From: Planctomycetota bacterium
GTDB lineage: Bacteria > Planctomycetota > JAJSAM01 > JAJVHW01
Reading direction: 5' to 3'
Assembly (NCBI GenBank): GCA_965248445.1
Contig: CBDFJG010000004.1
Coordinates: 608,001-672,000 of the forward strand
DNA length: 64,000 bases
Made by a program: the position numbers and the translations under genes
Notes under the pieces: generated by a model
Told to the model about the DNA's origin: nothing
The model's input: the letters and a program-made list of their open reading frames with translations, nothing else
Database searches by the model: none
Part shown: in pieces, positions 19,529 through 28,949 of the stretch
Position numbering within the stretch: position 1 is the first letter of the stretch
Layout: every line of letters starts with the position of its first letter

Positions 19529-20214
19529 AGGACCGGCAGCCGTTCGTTGAGCCACTCGCCGACGAGGCGAATCTCGGGAGGACAGACCTGGTGCTGCATC
19601 GGGTACGTCTCGTACTGGACGTCGTACCCGGACGCAACGAGTGCGTCCCGCGCCTCGCGGCCCATGTGCTCCTGCACCATGGGGTCGAGCGTCCCGTGGC
19701 ATTGCAGGATCGGGACATCGGCGTTCGCCGCTGACCGTTCCTCCGGCAGCGACTCGGGCAGCAGGAGATATGCGGACAGCACGAGCAGGCCCGCGAGGCG
19801 CTCGGCATGGCGGAGCCCGTGGAACAGCGCGATCGCCCCGCCCTGGCTGAACCCCGCGAGGACGATCCTCCCGGCCGGCACCCCGCGCTCGTGTTCTCTC
19901 TCGATCAGTGTCGCGACGTGTTGCGCGGACCGCCGGAGGCCCTCTTCGTCATCGTTGCGCCTGCCCATCTCGACGATGTCGTACCAAGCCGGCATGACCA
20001 TGCCCCCGTTGACGGTCACGGCGATGGGGGGGGCGTGCGGGAAGACGAAGCGGACGCGGTGGTCCGGGGGCAGCCCGAGCTCCGGCACGATCGGCTCGAA
20101 GTCGTGCCCGCTGGCCCCGAGGCCGTGCAACCAGATCACCGCCGCGTCGGCCGGCCGGTGCGGCGGCTCGATCTCGACACAGTCCAGGACCCGGGCGGCG
20201 TGGTCGTCGGCCAT
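19525..20214 (-). CDS. Phospholipase/carboxylesterase (alpha/beta hydrolase)
   Basis: WLHGLGA, FPHAP, MPAWYDI, GFSQGG and HGTLDPMV motifs. Confidence 0.9.
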   Translation of the reverse strand: MADDHAARVLDCVEIEPPHRPADAAVIWLHGLGASGHDFEPIVPELGLPPDHRVRFVFPHAPPIAVTVNGGMVMPAWYDIVEMGRRNDDEEGLRRSAQHVATLIEREHERGVPAGRIVLAGFSQGGAIALFHGLRHAERLAGLLVLSAYLLLPESLPEERSAANADVPILQCHGTLDPMVQEHMGREARDALVASGYDVQYETYPMQHQVCPPEIRLVGEWLNERLPVL

Positions 20215-20431
20215 GCGCCGCAGTCTGACCCGCGCCTGGCCCCGAGCCCAGGCAACTCCGGCTGCCGTCGTCGCGCCGCCGCCGGCGGCCGCCTTCTCAC
20301 CCAGGGCGAGCGCAGAGATGTCCCACATCCCTGACAGGTCATCGTCGGGGCGTTCCGTGACCGGCCTCACACCGTTCCGGTGGTCCAACCCCGAACACCC
20401 GCCGGACGATGAGTTTCCCGTGAAGACGGTC

Positions 20432-20800
20432 TCAGGCCGAACCTAGGATGCGGCCCGCGGACGGGACCGCGCAGCGCGCACGCCGACGGCGACGGGGGCG
20501 CAGATGGTTGGCCAGAGCCGAGTCGTCGTTCGCGATCAGTCGCTCGAGCCGTCCGCGCAGCACAGCGGCTTCGCCTTGCAGCCGGTCACGGTCGCCGTGC
20601 TCACCGAAGAGCCGGTAGCTGCGCATGACCGACTGCGCGATCATGACGCCCTTGTTGCCGAAGCGGCGATGTCCTCGCGGGCCTTCGGCCAGCGCACGGA
20701 AGGCGCGCTCGATGTGCGCCCAGCAGAGCTGGCGGCGGGCAAGTGGGTGTGACTCGTAGGCACCCATCCGGTCGCTGATCACCGTGCCACCGAAGCGCCG
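20432..20800 (-). pseudogene. IS66-family transposase (TnpC) internal fragment
   Basis: GTVISDRMGAY...RQLCWAHIERAF matches the IS66 TnpC core. Cut at the IS3 left end and truncated downstream. Confidence 0.7.
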
Positions 20801-20872
20801 CCCTCTGTGCCAACGTGGCTGAGACACCGACCCCACGGATGATTACTGTGCAGGGCGGTGGAGGAACCAGCG

Positions 20873-21376
20873 ATGACGAACAACCACAACACAGCGCCGG
20901 GGGAGATCCCGGAGCCGAGGGAGGGCGAGCATAGCGAGCGCGATCGAGGCGGAGGGGGCTCCCCCGGGGCGCGCGGCCCGGGGGACGTTGGGGTGCGCGA
21001 CCCCGAGGTCGTGCCGCGCGCCTCGCGGCGGCGCTTTGGCGCCGCGTACAAGCTACGGATCATCGAGGCGGCGGACGCGTGCACGAAGCCCGGCGAGATC
21101 GGCGCTCTCTTGCGCCGTGAGGGGCTGTACTCCTCGCACTTGTTGACGTGGCGGCGCGCGCGGGACCAGGGCCAGCTCGAGGCGCTCTCGCCCAAGCGGC
21201 GTGGTCCCAAGCCCGATCCGGACCGTGCGCTCAAGAAGCGCAACGAGCAGCTCGAGCGCGAAGTCGCCCGTCTCGAGAAGCGGCTCGAGACGGCCGAGGT
21301 GATCATCGACGTGCAGCGAAAAGTCTCACGGCTGCTGGGCATCGAGATGCCCGAGACGAGCGGGAGCGACACGTGA
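20873..21376 (+). CDS. IS3-family transposase OrfA
   Basis: RRRFGAAYKLRII...GEIGALLRREGLYSSHL HTH plus coiled coil, GGAGGA SD. Confidence 0.88.
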   Translation: MTNNHNTAPGEIPEPREGEHSERDRGGGGSPGARGPGDVGVRDPEVVPRASRRRFGAAYKLRIIEAADACTKPGEIGALLRREGLYSSHLLTWRRARDQGQLEALSPKRRGPKPDPDRALKKRNEQLEREVARLEKRLETAEVIIDVQRKVSRLLGIEMPETSGSDT

Positions 21377-22401
21377 TTGCGGCGGAGGAGCTGGGGGGAC
21401 GCGTGGGCGTCGCCCCCGCGTGCCGCGCGCTCGGAGTCACGCGCGCCACGCTCTATCGGCGCCGAACGGCACGCACGTGCCCCCGGCCCCAGCAGCCGCG
21501 CCGGCGCTCGCCGCGCGCCCTCACGATCGACGAGCGTCTTACCGTACTCGCGGTGCTGAGCGAGGAGCGCTTCTGCGATCTGTCACCGCTTGCGGCGTGG
21601 GCGATCCTGCTCGACGAGGGACGCTACCTGTGCTCGGTGCGCACGATGTACCGCATCCTCGGTGCGGCTGGTGCTGTGCGTGAGCGCCGCAACCAGCTGC
21701 GTCATCCCGCGTACAAGAAGCCCGAGCTCCTCGCGACCTCCCCGAACCAGGTCTGGAGCTGGGACATCACCAAGCTCCGCGGCCCGGTGAAGTGGAGCTA
21801 CTTCTATCTCTACGTCGTGCTCGACATCTACTCCCGCAACGTCGTGGGCTGGATGCTGGCGGACTGCGAGAGCGGTGCGCTGGCGACGGCACTCATCGAG
21901 CAGTCCTGCGAGAAGCAGGGGATCGCGGCGGAGCAGCTCACGATCCACTCCGATCGGGGGCCGCCGATGATCAGCAAGCCGGTGGCCTTTCTGCTCGCCG
22001 ATCTCGGCGTGACGAAGTCGCACAGCCGGCCGTACACGTCGAATGACAATCCGTTTTCCGAGAGCCAATTCCGCACGCTGAAGTACCGGCCGGACTTCCC
22101 AGCGCGCTTCGGCTGCATCGAGGACGCGCGGGCGCACTGCCGCGCCTTTTTCCACTGGTACAACCGCGAGCATCGTCACTCGAGTCTCGGGCTGCTGACG
22201 CCCGAGACCGTGCACTACGGCCGCGCCGAAGCGGCCGTCGCCGCGCGCTCGGTCGTGCTCGATGCCGCGTACGCGGCGCATCCCGAGCGCTTCGTGCGCC
22301 GTGCGCCGACGCCGCCGGCTCTGCCGACCGAGACGTGGATCAACCCGCCGGCCCGGGAACTCGCGGCGCTGGAGACTGCGACACAGGAGGCTGCTCACTA
22401 A
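21373..22401 (+). CDS. IS3-family transposase OrfB (DDE/rve)
   Basis: WSWDITKL, IHSDRG, SNDNPFSES and WYN..HRHS motifs. GTGA overlap with orfA. Confidence 0.92.
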   Translation: MIAAEELGGRVGVAPACRALGVTRATLYRRRTARTCPRPQQPRRRSPRALTIDERLTVLAVLSEERFCDLSPLAAWAILLDEGRYLCSVRTMYRILGAAGAVRERRNQLRHPAYKKPELLATSPNQVWSWDITKLRGPVKWSYFYLYVVLDIYSRNVVGWMLADCESGALATALIEQSCEKQGIAAEQLTIHSDRGPPMISKPVAFLLADLGVTKSHSRPYTSNDNPFSESQFRTLKYRPDFPARFGCIEDARAHCRAFFHWYNREHRHSSLGLLTPETVHYGRAEAAVAARSVVLDAAYAAHPERFVRRAPTPPALPTETWINPPARELAALETATQEAAH

Positions 22402-22690
22402 ACTCGAAGACGCGGTGTCTCAAAGTCGTTGACACGTCCCGTCCGCTAACCCACTCCTCACGCGGAAGGTCGCCTGCGTGAAGCGGATCTTCGCGGAGGT
22501 CGGTGTACTGGTCCGCGATCGGGCAAGTTGGGACAGACCTGACGAAGAGTGAGGCCGGTCCCCGCGCAGCGTTACCGATCGGGCCAACAGCGCGAGAGTC
22601 CCCTGAGCCTGGGTGACTACTGGTACCCCCCTGTTAGGAGCGGGGGTACGCGACCCGCGCGGCCACCGCCTCGGCCAATACACTGGCTCG

Positions 22691-24070
22691 GTGCGCCGCC
22701 GCAACGCCGTCCTCCTCGTGATCGCGACCGCCGTGGTCGGCACATCGGCCTGGCTCGCGCTGCGACCGAGTCCCGAGGACCTCATGGCCGACTTCGTCGC
22801 CGAACTGCGTGCGCGCGGGGAGCCCGTCACCATCGCGGACATGGAACTGCCGTTACCTCCTGACGCGGAGAACGGAGCCGATGATCTCGCCGCTGCGTTC
22901 CGTTGGGTCGAAACTCGCCTGGCCCAGGAGGACCGCGAACTCGAGAGCACCGACCGCGTCTACTGGTGGTGGCACTACGCCGGGCCGTGGGATCACGACG
23001 CCGACGATCCTTGGCACGAGCACGCGACGCCCGAGAAGCTCGACGAGCTACGCGAGTTCCTCGCCACGATGGGGCCGCTCTACGAGGGTCTGGCTGCCGC
23101 AGCGGGCAATCCGGAGATCGTCTGGCCTCTCCCGGTGGAAGCGGCCAGCCCTTCCCTATTCGGTCCGAAGGCCACCGACACGCTCGACACCTGGCGTGAC
23201 GTGCGCCGGTTGCTGGAGGCCCGCGCCGTCGTGGCCACCGACCCCGGCGAACGACTGGACGCGGTTGTCTGGCTGGTCGCACTCGTTCGGAGCGTGCGCC
23301 TTCGAACGCACGCTGACTTCCTCTTCGCAACCGTCTTTCGACGCCAGAGTTGCGTTGCTCTTCGCGACGGAGTGGAGGCTGGGCGGCTCGATCCGGCCGA
23401 GCTCCGCGCCCGAGTCGACGACCTCCTTCGCGAAGGCCTCGTCGCGACGATGCCGCGCGCTCTACGCGCTGAGCGAGTGCTCTGGATCGAGCAGTTCCCC
23501 GCGCTGCTGGATGGCTCGCTCCAAGCGCAGTTGCGCGAGTTAACGCGGTCGCTCGACAGGGGTTTCAACGAGCGACCGCCGCCGCGCGCCTGGGAACCGA
23601 TCACCGACGCTGCCTACGAGACGCTCGCCGGCGTGCGGTTCGACGGGCCCGAGTACGTCGCAGCGCTGCGCACAATCGATGCTCTGATCCCGCACGAGGG
23701 TGCCTGGAGCCGCGCGGATGAGGCCGCGTTCGCTGCGTTCGAGTCGCAGCCGGGCTACTTCCAGGGACACGGGACTCCCGAACGCGCCGACCGAATGCGG
23801 TCTGTGGACGCTGCCGAGGCCCTCGCTCGGATTGCGCTGGCCGCATGCGAGCACCGGGCCAACCACGGTGATTGGCCGCGGTCCACTGCGGACCTGTCGC
23901 CGCTGTTCGCCGACGGCGTCCCGGTCAATCCGTACACGGACGCCCCGTTCGTCATGAAGCGTGACGGTGCCGCGCTTGTGCTGCGAGCAACGCGTGGTCA
24001 AGCCCCCGCGCTGCCTGCCGACGAGAGTCTGCGAGACGCTGGCCTCGAATGGCGTCTGACGCCCCGCTGA
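22691..24070 (+). CDS. Hypothetical protein with an N-terminal TM and a pseudopilin-like C-terminal motif
   Basis: TM segment, C-terminal HGDWPRSTADL...PVNPYTDAPF. TACACT 6 nt before GTG. Confidence 0.65.
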   Translation: MRRRNAVLLVIATAVVGTSAWLALRPSPEDLMADFVAELRARGEPVTIADMELPLPPDAENGADDLAAAFRWVETRLAQEDRELESTDRVYWWWHYAGPWDHDADDPWHEHATPEKLDELREFLATMGPLYEGLAAAAGNPEIVWPLPVEAASPSLFGPKATDTLDTWRDVRRLLEARAVVATDPGERLDAVVWLVALVRSVRLRTHADFLFATVFRRQSCVALRDGVEAGRLDPAELRARVDDLLREGLVATMPRALRAERVLWIEQFPALLDGSLQAQLRELTRSLDRGFNERPPPRAWEPITDAAYETLAGVRFDGPEYVAALRTIDALIPHEGAWSRADEAAFAAFESQPGYFQGHGTPERADRMRSVDAAEALARIALAACEHRANHGDWPRSTADLSPLFADGVPVNPYTDAPFVMKRDGAALVLRATRGQAPALPADESLRDAGLEWRLTPR

Positions 24071-24086
24071 GCCGCTCTCACTTGCG

Positions 24087-24891
24087 CTAGTTCAGCGTCG
24101 CTTCCCACAGCCCCTCTCGCGCCTCCTCCGTGTTCTCTCGGTAGAGCGCGTACCTCGCCGAGCGAGTCTCTCGCCCGGACTCGATCAGCTTGCGTACGAA
24201 CTCCCTCCCGCCCACTTCGTCCGCGACGGAGAGCGCAGCAGCCACCTGCGAGAAGAGCCACCGTCCAGTCTCGTACGCTCGCTGACGGACCGACCGCTCG
24301 TCGATCTCCGCCGCCAAGATCGACTCGTCGCACTCGCCCAGGAACGCCGCCCACGCCGGATGCGGATCCGCGCGGCTCTGGTTCTTGTGGGCGCGGTCCA
24401 CCGGGCTCGCCGTGATCGTCCCCCTCGACCCGCTCAGATCGGGTTGCTACGCGCTCCAGGAATGCGTACGCCTCGTCGTCGTCAGGGAACTCGCCATGCG
24501 CCGCGAGCGCAACGGCGCCAACGAGACGCGGGCGCGGTTCCTCCATCGCGAACAACTCCACCGCCAGAGCCCTCGCGCGTTCGGTGTCGATGGCCGACAG
24601 TGCCGCGGCAAGCCACGCCGAATTGCGGTTGTCCAACTCCGCGAATCCCGACGACCACTTGCGGAGTGGCGCCAACGCCGCGTCTCCGAACTCCACGACC
24701 GCAGGAACCGCACGCATGCCGAATTCCCGATCTCTGATCAGTATCTGAGCTGCTGCGTCTGGCGATCGCCACTGACCCTCGAACGGCAGCAGAGACCTCG
24801 CTGAGCGCTGCAGCGGCGGTACCGCGACGACGAGCAAGGCGAGCGCTGCGACGGCGATGACAACGCGACTCAACACCGTGCGCGGCTGCAT
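24087..24891 (-). pseudogene. Hypothetical helical-repeat protein, apparently frameshifted or chimeric near 24420
   Basis: The 24891 frame degrades after a G5 tract, while a second frame runs to TAG 24087 and avoids overlap with the convergent gene. Confidence 0.45.
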
Positions 24892-25035
24892 ACCCGAGAC
24901 CCTCGTCCGTGTACATCAGCGGGCGCCTCGTCGATGCGCACCCGTTCTCAATCGCCCTTCGCCTCGCGCCGGTCCAGATGCATGTTCAGCACGATGGCGC
25001 CGACAACGAGCGGGGGCAGCAGCCACATCGCGAAC

Positions 25036-25122
25036 CAACCACCAGCTCGCGGCCAGCGGCACCCACAGCGCGAAGATCGCGCGCTGTGTGAGAGGGCCGG
25101 GGGATGCCGTCTTCGGAGTCAC
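25036..25122 (-). pseudogene. N-terminal stub of a MATE/flippase-like membrane protein
   Basis: LTQRAIFALWVPLAASW resembles the first helix of MATE-like proteins; similarity stops after about 28 codons. Confidence 0.45.
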
Positions 25123-25285
25123 GAGGAGCGTGTGTCTACCCGCCCCCGTGCCACGGGGCGCCAAGTGCGGAGCCGCCGCCGCGGCGAAGTGCTCCGGCGA
25201 GTCCCTACTCCGAGTGGATCGCTATCGAGATGCCCGATCGTTCCTGCTGCGCGGACAGCCCGCACGAGGTCAGCGACTCTGACGC

Positions 25286-26203
25286 TCAGCGAGGTTCGAG
25301 CAACCGTCGTGCGTTGCCGCCGAGGATCAGCGCCGCGTCATCGTCCGAGAGGCCGCAGTTCTGCATCGCTTCGCGCTGGACCGTCAGCAGGTCGGCGCGC
25401 CAGCCCCGCGGGAACGTGCACGAGTCGGTGCCGAAGAGGATGCGCCGGCGGCCGAACACGCCGAGAGCCGTGCGGAACACGTCGTCCAGTGTGATGTCGG
25501 CCGGCTGCGTCGCGATCCACGAGTTCGAGGACGACGAGTCGGTGTAGACGTTCTCACACATCGAGCCGGCCATCAGCGTCTCGCGGAAAAACCCCGCACC
25601 GAAGTGCGGGATCACGAAGTGCGCAGCAGGGTGCGCATTGGCCGCGGGGATGATGTCGAGCGGGTTGGCGTACGCGAGATCCTGCGGACGCGGGAGGCCG
25701 AGCAGGTCCTTCAGTTTGACGACCAGGACGCCGCAGTGCACGACGGCCGTGGCGTGGCTGTCGGCCAGCGCCTCGAGCACCGGGCGCACCGCCGCGTCGC
25801 CCATCCGGTAGTGATGCACCGCCGGGAACAGGAGGATGCCGCGGAACGGGCCGTCCTCGAGCAGTGCGCGCACCCGCTCACCGGCACCCGGTGCGACGGG
25901 ATTGACCAGCGCGAACGGCGTGATGCGGCCGCCCGAGACCTGCGCCGCTTCGGCGAGCACCGGGATCTCCTGCGGCACGCTCGCGAAGCTGACCATGTGC
26001 TCGACGCCGTTGGCGTCCATCTCCGCGTGCCAGCGCGCAACGTGCTCGGCGGTGTCGGAGCCGGGAACTTCGAGGCCGGTCTTCTCGACAACGCGCGCGA
26101 GCTTCTCCTCGGTCGTGCCGGGCTGCGGTGACTGCGCCGCGAGCGTCTCGAAGAACGTCCGCGAGAAGAAGTGCGAGTGGAAGTCGATAATGCGCGTCGT
26201 CAT
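25286..26203 (-). CDS. Amidohydrolase family 2 protein
   Basis: IDFHSH, VHCG, IPHFG, NVYTDSS and ILFGTDS motifs. Confidence 0.88.
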   Translation of the reverse strand: MTTRIIDFHSHFFSRTFFETLAAQSPQPGTTEEKLARVVEKTGLEVPGSDTAEHVARWHAEMDANGVEHMVSFASVPQEIPVLAEAAQVSGGRITPFALVNPVAPGAGERVRALLEDGPFRGILLFPAVHHYRMGDAAVRPVLEALADSHATAVVHCGVLVVKLKDLLGLPRPQDLAYANPLDIIPAANAHPAAHFVIPHFGAGFFRETLMAGSMCENVYTDSSSSNSWIATQPADITLDDVFRTALGVFGRRRILFGTDSCTFPRGWRADLLTVQREAMQNCGLSDDDAALILGGNARRLLEPR

Positions 26204-26285
26204 GGTCCACCTCCGTTGCTCGCACGATAGCGGACGCTCTGCGCCACGCCGCGAGTGACGCGCGGCAATGCGCTAGGCTACGTAG

Positions 26286-27246
26286 ATGCGACTTTCCGAC
26301 GCGGTCGTCGTGATCGCGGCGCTGACCTGTTGCGCTGCCTGCGGGGATGACCCGGCAACACCGGCCAGCCCGCCTGCGGCGAGGGCCGCCGCCCCCATGG
26401 GCGAGCTGGGCGTTGATCTGAGCGCACCGGCGGCGCCGGTCGCACCACCAGATCCAGCCGAGGATCCGGAGTCACTCGTGCGCTCCGCGATGGACCATCT
26501 GTACGACGTCGGCGTCGTCAAGATCCAGATGCACGTGAACGTCCGTCCCGACGGACTGACAACGCATCGTGTGTCACCGCCATTGCCCGACGAGGACGTG
26601 CTCTGGGCACGCATCGAGGAGGCCGGCGTCGAACTGGCCGCGCAGTGCGGAGCACCCGGACGCGGCGGCGCAGCTTCTGACCGAGGAATTCGCCGACGAG
26701 AAGGCGCGCCGCTGCGCGAACACCCTCCTCGCTCTCAAGTACTGCGATGCATCGTTGTGCACACGCCTCGCCGCGGTCGCAGCCGCGGGCCAACTCCGAA
26801 GCGCGGATGACTGGGGTGCACTCCTGTCCGCCGTCACTTCTGCCGGCGGCAGCCTCGACTTCTACGCAGAGAGGCGCGCGCTCCGAGAGGGTAGCGACAC
26901 GGCGCGCGGGCTCGTCGTCACGATGGCGGGAGACGAGATCGCTGCTGGTCAGACAGATCGGCTGCTGATCCTGTGGGAGGCTTGGGATCTCGCTGTCGCC
27001 GGCGATTTCGACGAACTCAAGGTGTCGGCCGCGCTGAGGACGGCGATCAACACCACAGGGCGCTCCGTCTCCGCGAGGGAAGTCGTCGCTCTCGCGGACC
27101 ACGTCTCCCGCCCGGACTGGTCGCCCCGACTGCGGGTGCTCGCCGGCATGCTGGAGGAACACGCGAGCGCCGACGGGCGCGTCTCCGACGCCGCGATCGG
27201 CGAGTTCATGGTGCGCTTGACCGACGCGTGGCGAGCCGCGGACTGA
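26286..27246 (+). CDS. Hypothetical lipoprotein split by a frameshift near 26650
   Basis: Lipobox (LTCCAAC); coding quality moves from the 26286 frame to the frame ending at 27246 (ELAAQC / AEHPDAAAQLL). Confidence 0.55.
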
Positions 27247-27267
27247 GGGCGGAGTTCGCGCCGAGCG

Positions 27268-27558
27268 TCAGCAGGAGCCGCAGGTCTCGCAACGCCAGCC
27301 GGCGTCATCGCGGCGGCGGTGGCGCTTCATGTCGATGAGCGCGACCACATAGACGCCGGCCCAGACGCAGAGCATCGCGACATGGGTCTCGCCCGGCGAG
27401 AGGTCGTAGGCGCGGCGCAGCGGGTAACCGGCCGCGAGCGCGAGGGCGCCGGCCGACGTCCACCAGACGACCGCGCGCCGCTGCCAGTCCTTGCCGGGGG
27501 GCGACTCCGTCTCGCACGTCGTGCACACGCGGGGACGCGGCTCGGCGGTCGTGGACAT
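27268..27558 (-). CDS. Small two-TM protein with split zinc knuckles
   Basis: CTTC before and CETC after two hydrophobic segments. Confidence 0.5.
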   Translation of the reverse strand: MSTTAEPRPRVCTTCETESPPGKDWQRRAVVWWTSAGALALAAGYPLRRAYDLSPGETHVAMLCVWAGVYVVALIDMKRHRRRDDAGWRCETCGSC

Positions 27559-27728
27559 GGATGGTCCAACCGAAACAGAGCAGCGTGCGTTCGCAGTGCC
27601 TGGGACGGCGCTGCGTGCAAGAAACGTCACCGTCGCGCGTCGAGCTGTGCACCAACACACGACGTCGCGTCCGGCGCACACAGCGCCGAGCGGCGGAGGA
27701 GGCAGGATGACGGGACGAAGCGTCTCGT

Positions 27729-28133
27729 GTGAGGACGCCGCGCGCGTTCACGCTGATCGAGTTGCTGGTGGTGATCGCCATCATCGGGATGCTGGTCAGC
27801 ATCGTCGCGGTCAACTCGATGGGCGCAGCCGATCAGGCGCGGGTCGACTCGACCAAGTGGCAGATGGGGCAGATCGAGAGCGCGGTCAGCATGTTCAAGC
27901 TGAAGAAGCGGCGGCTGCCCGAGACGCTCGACGACCTCGTCGGCGGCGTCGACGACGAGCGCTTCCTCGGCTACAGCCGCGTGCCCCGCGACGCGTGGGG
28001 AGGAGAGTTCCTCTACGAGGCGACTTCTCGCGGCGGCTTCCAGCTGACCTCATTCGGCGAGGACGGCAGGCAGGGAGGCGACAGCTTCGCGGCAGACATC
28101 ACGCGGGACGACCTGATTGACGTCGGAGACTAG
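27729..28133 (+). CDS. gspG: Type II secretion major pseudopilin-like protein
   Basis: RAFTLIELLVVIAIIG N-methylation motif, P.TLDDL, VPRDAWG..F.Y and SFGEDG..GG motifs. Confidence 0.8.
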   Translation: MRTPRAFTLIELLVVIAIIGMLVSIVAVNSMGAADQARVDSTKWQMGQIESAVSMFKLKKRRLPETLDDLVGGVDDERFLGYSRVPRDAWGGEFLYEATSRGGFQLTSFGEDGRQGGDSFAADITRDDLIDVGD

Positions 28134-28209
28134 CCGCATGGGTTTCGCTCGGCCGCGGGGCGGCTAGAATGGCGCCGGCGGGCGAGATCCCCCGCCGGGA
28201 GGTGTCGTC

Positions 28210-28881
28210 ATCGCCAAGGTCAATTCCCTCGCACTCTTCGGACTCGCGGCAGCGGCGGCGGTCGGCATGTTCTTCCTCGGAGCAGCGGTCGGCGGGACGT
28301 TCGGCGGGGAACCGGTCTCGCCGTCCGACGCGAGCGTCGACGACGGCAGCACCGGCGCGGCGAACGCCAAGATCCTCGCCAAGCTCGACGCGCTCTCCCG
28401 CGAGGTGCGGCAGTTGCGCGACGGGCAGGCCGACGACGCACGCAACGCGCAGAACGACCGGAAGCGCGATCGCGTCGATCCTGCGACGGCGCAACTCCGC
28501 GTCGCTTCACCGACCGAGCTGAGCGCCGGTGAGCGCGAGATCCTCGAGCGGTTGAAGTCCCTCGAGATGGTGGGAGGGCGGGTCGCTTTCACGGCACCCG
28601 TCGTCTACCAGGCGGTCACCAAGCTCGAACGGCCGCCGAATCTGACCGCGCGGCAGTACCTCGCTACGCTGAAGTCGAAGAACAACACGACGGTCCAGCA
28701 GGCGCACGCCGGCTGGTCCCCCGCGCAGGTGCAGAACGAGTACGGCATGCCCGACGCCATCCTGGATCGCGACAGCTACATCGAGTGGGTCTACTTCATC
28801 GGAGATGAGCCGTCGGACGGCAGCAAGCGCAAGCAGTTCGACTTCCACTTCACGAACGACCGCTGCAACGTCGCGCACTAG
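28210..28881 (+). CDS. Hypothetical membrane-anchored protein (coiled coil, SmpA/BamE-like C-terminus), probable ATC start
   Basis: GGAGGTG at 28198-28204, in-frame ATC at 28210. The first ATG is 28267, in the middle of the hydrophobic helix. Confidence 0.6.
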   Translation: MAKVNSLALFGLAAAAAVGMFFLGAAVGGTFGGEPVSPSDASVDDGSTGAANAKILAKLDALSREVRQLRDGQADDARNAQNDRKRDRVDPATAQLRVASPTELSAGEREILERLKSLEMVGGRVAFTAPVVYQAVTKLERPPNLTARQYLATLKSKNNTTVQQAHAGWSPAQVQNEYGMPDAILDRDSYIEWVYFIGDEPSDGSKRKQFDFHFTNDRCNVAH

Positions 28882-28949
28882 GGGCGGACGCGCGCCGCTG
28901 ATCGCGGGCAGGGCAGCGCCGTACCCACGGCGCTCTACGATCCCCTGTC

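Larger units (their letters stand above)
20807..22435 (+). mobile_element. IS3-family insertion sequence (about 1.63 kb, ends approximate)
   Basis: Imperfect terminal inverted repeats at 20807-20829 and 22413-22435 (18/23 match) flanking orfA/orfB. No target duplication seen. Confidence 0.88.

Noticed and set aside
22444..22639. Possible integron attC site (CGCTAAC ... GTTAGGA)
   Set aside because: About 195 bp is too long, the core sites are imperfect, internal symmetry is unconvincing and there is no integrase.
27268..27290. Sec readthrough at the CETCGSC-TGA end
   Set aside because: The continuation runs into the convergent gene and shows no protein-like motif.
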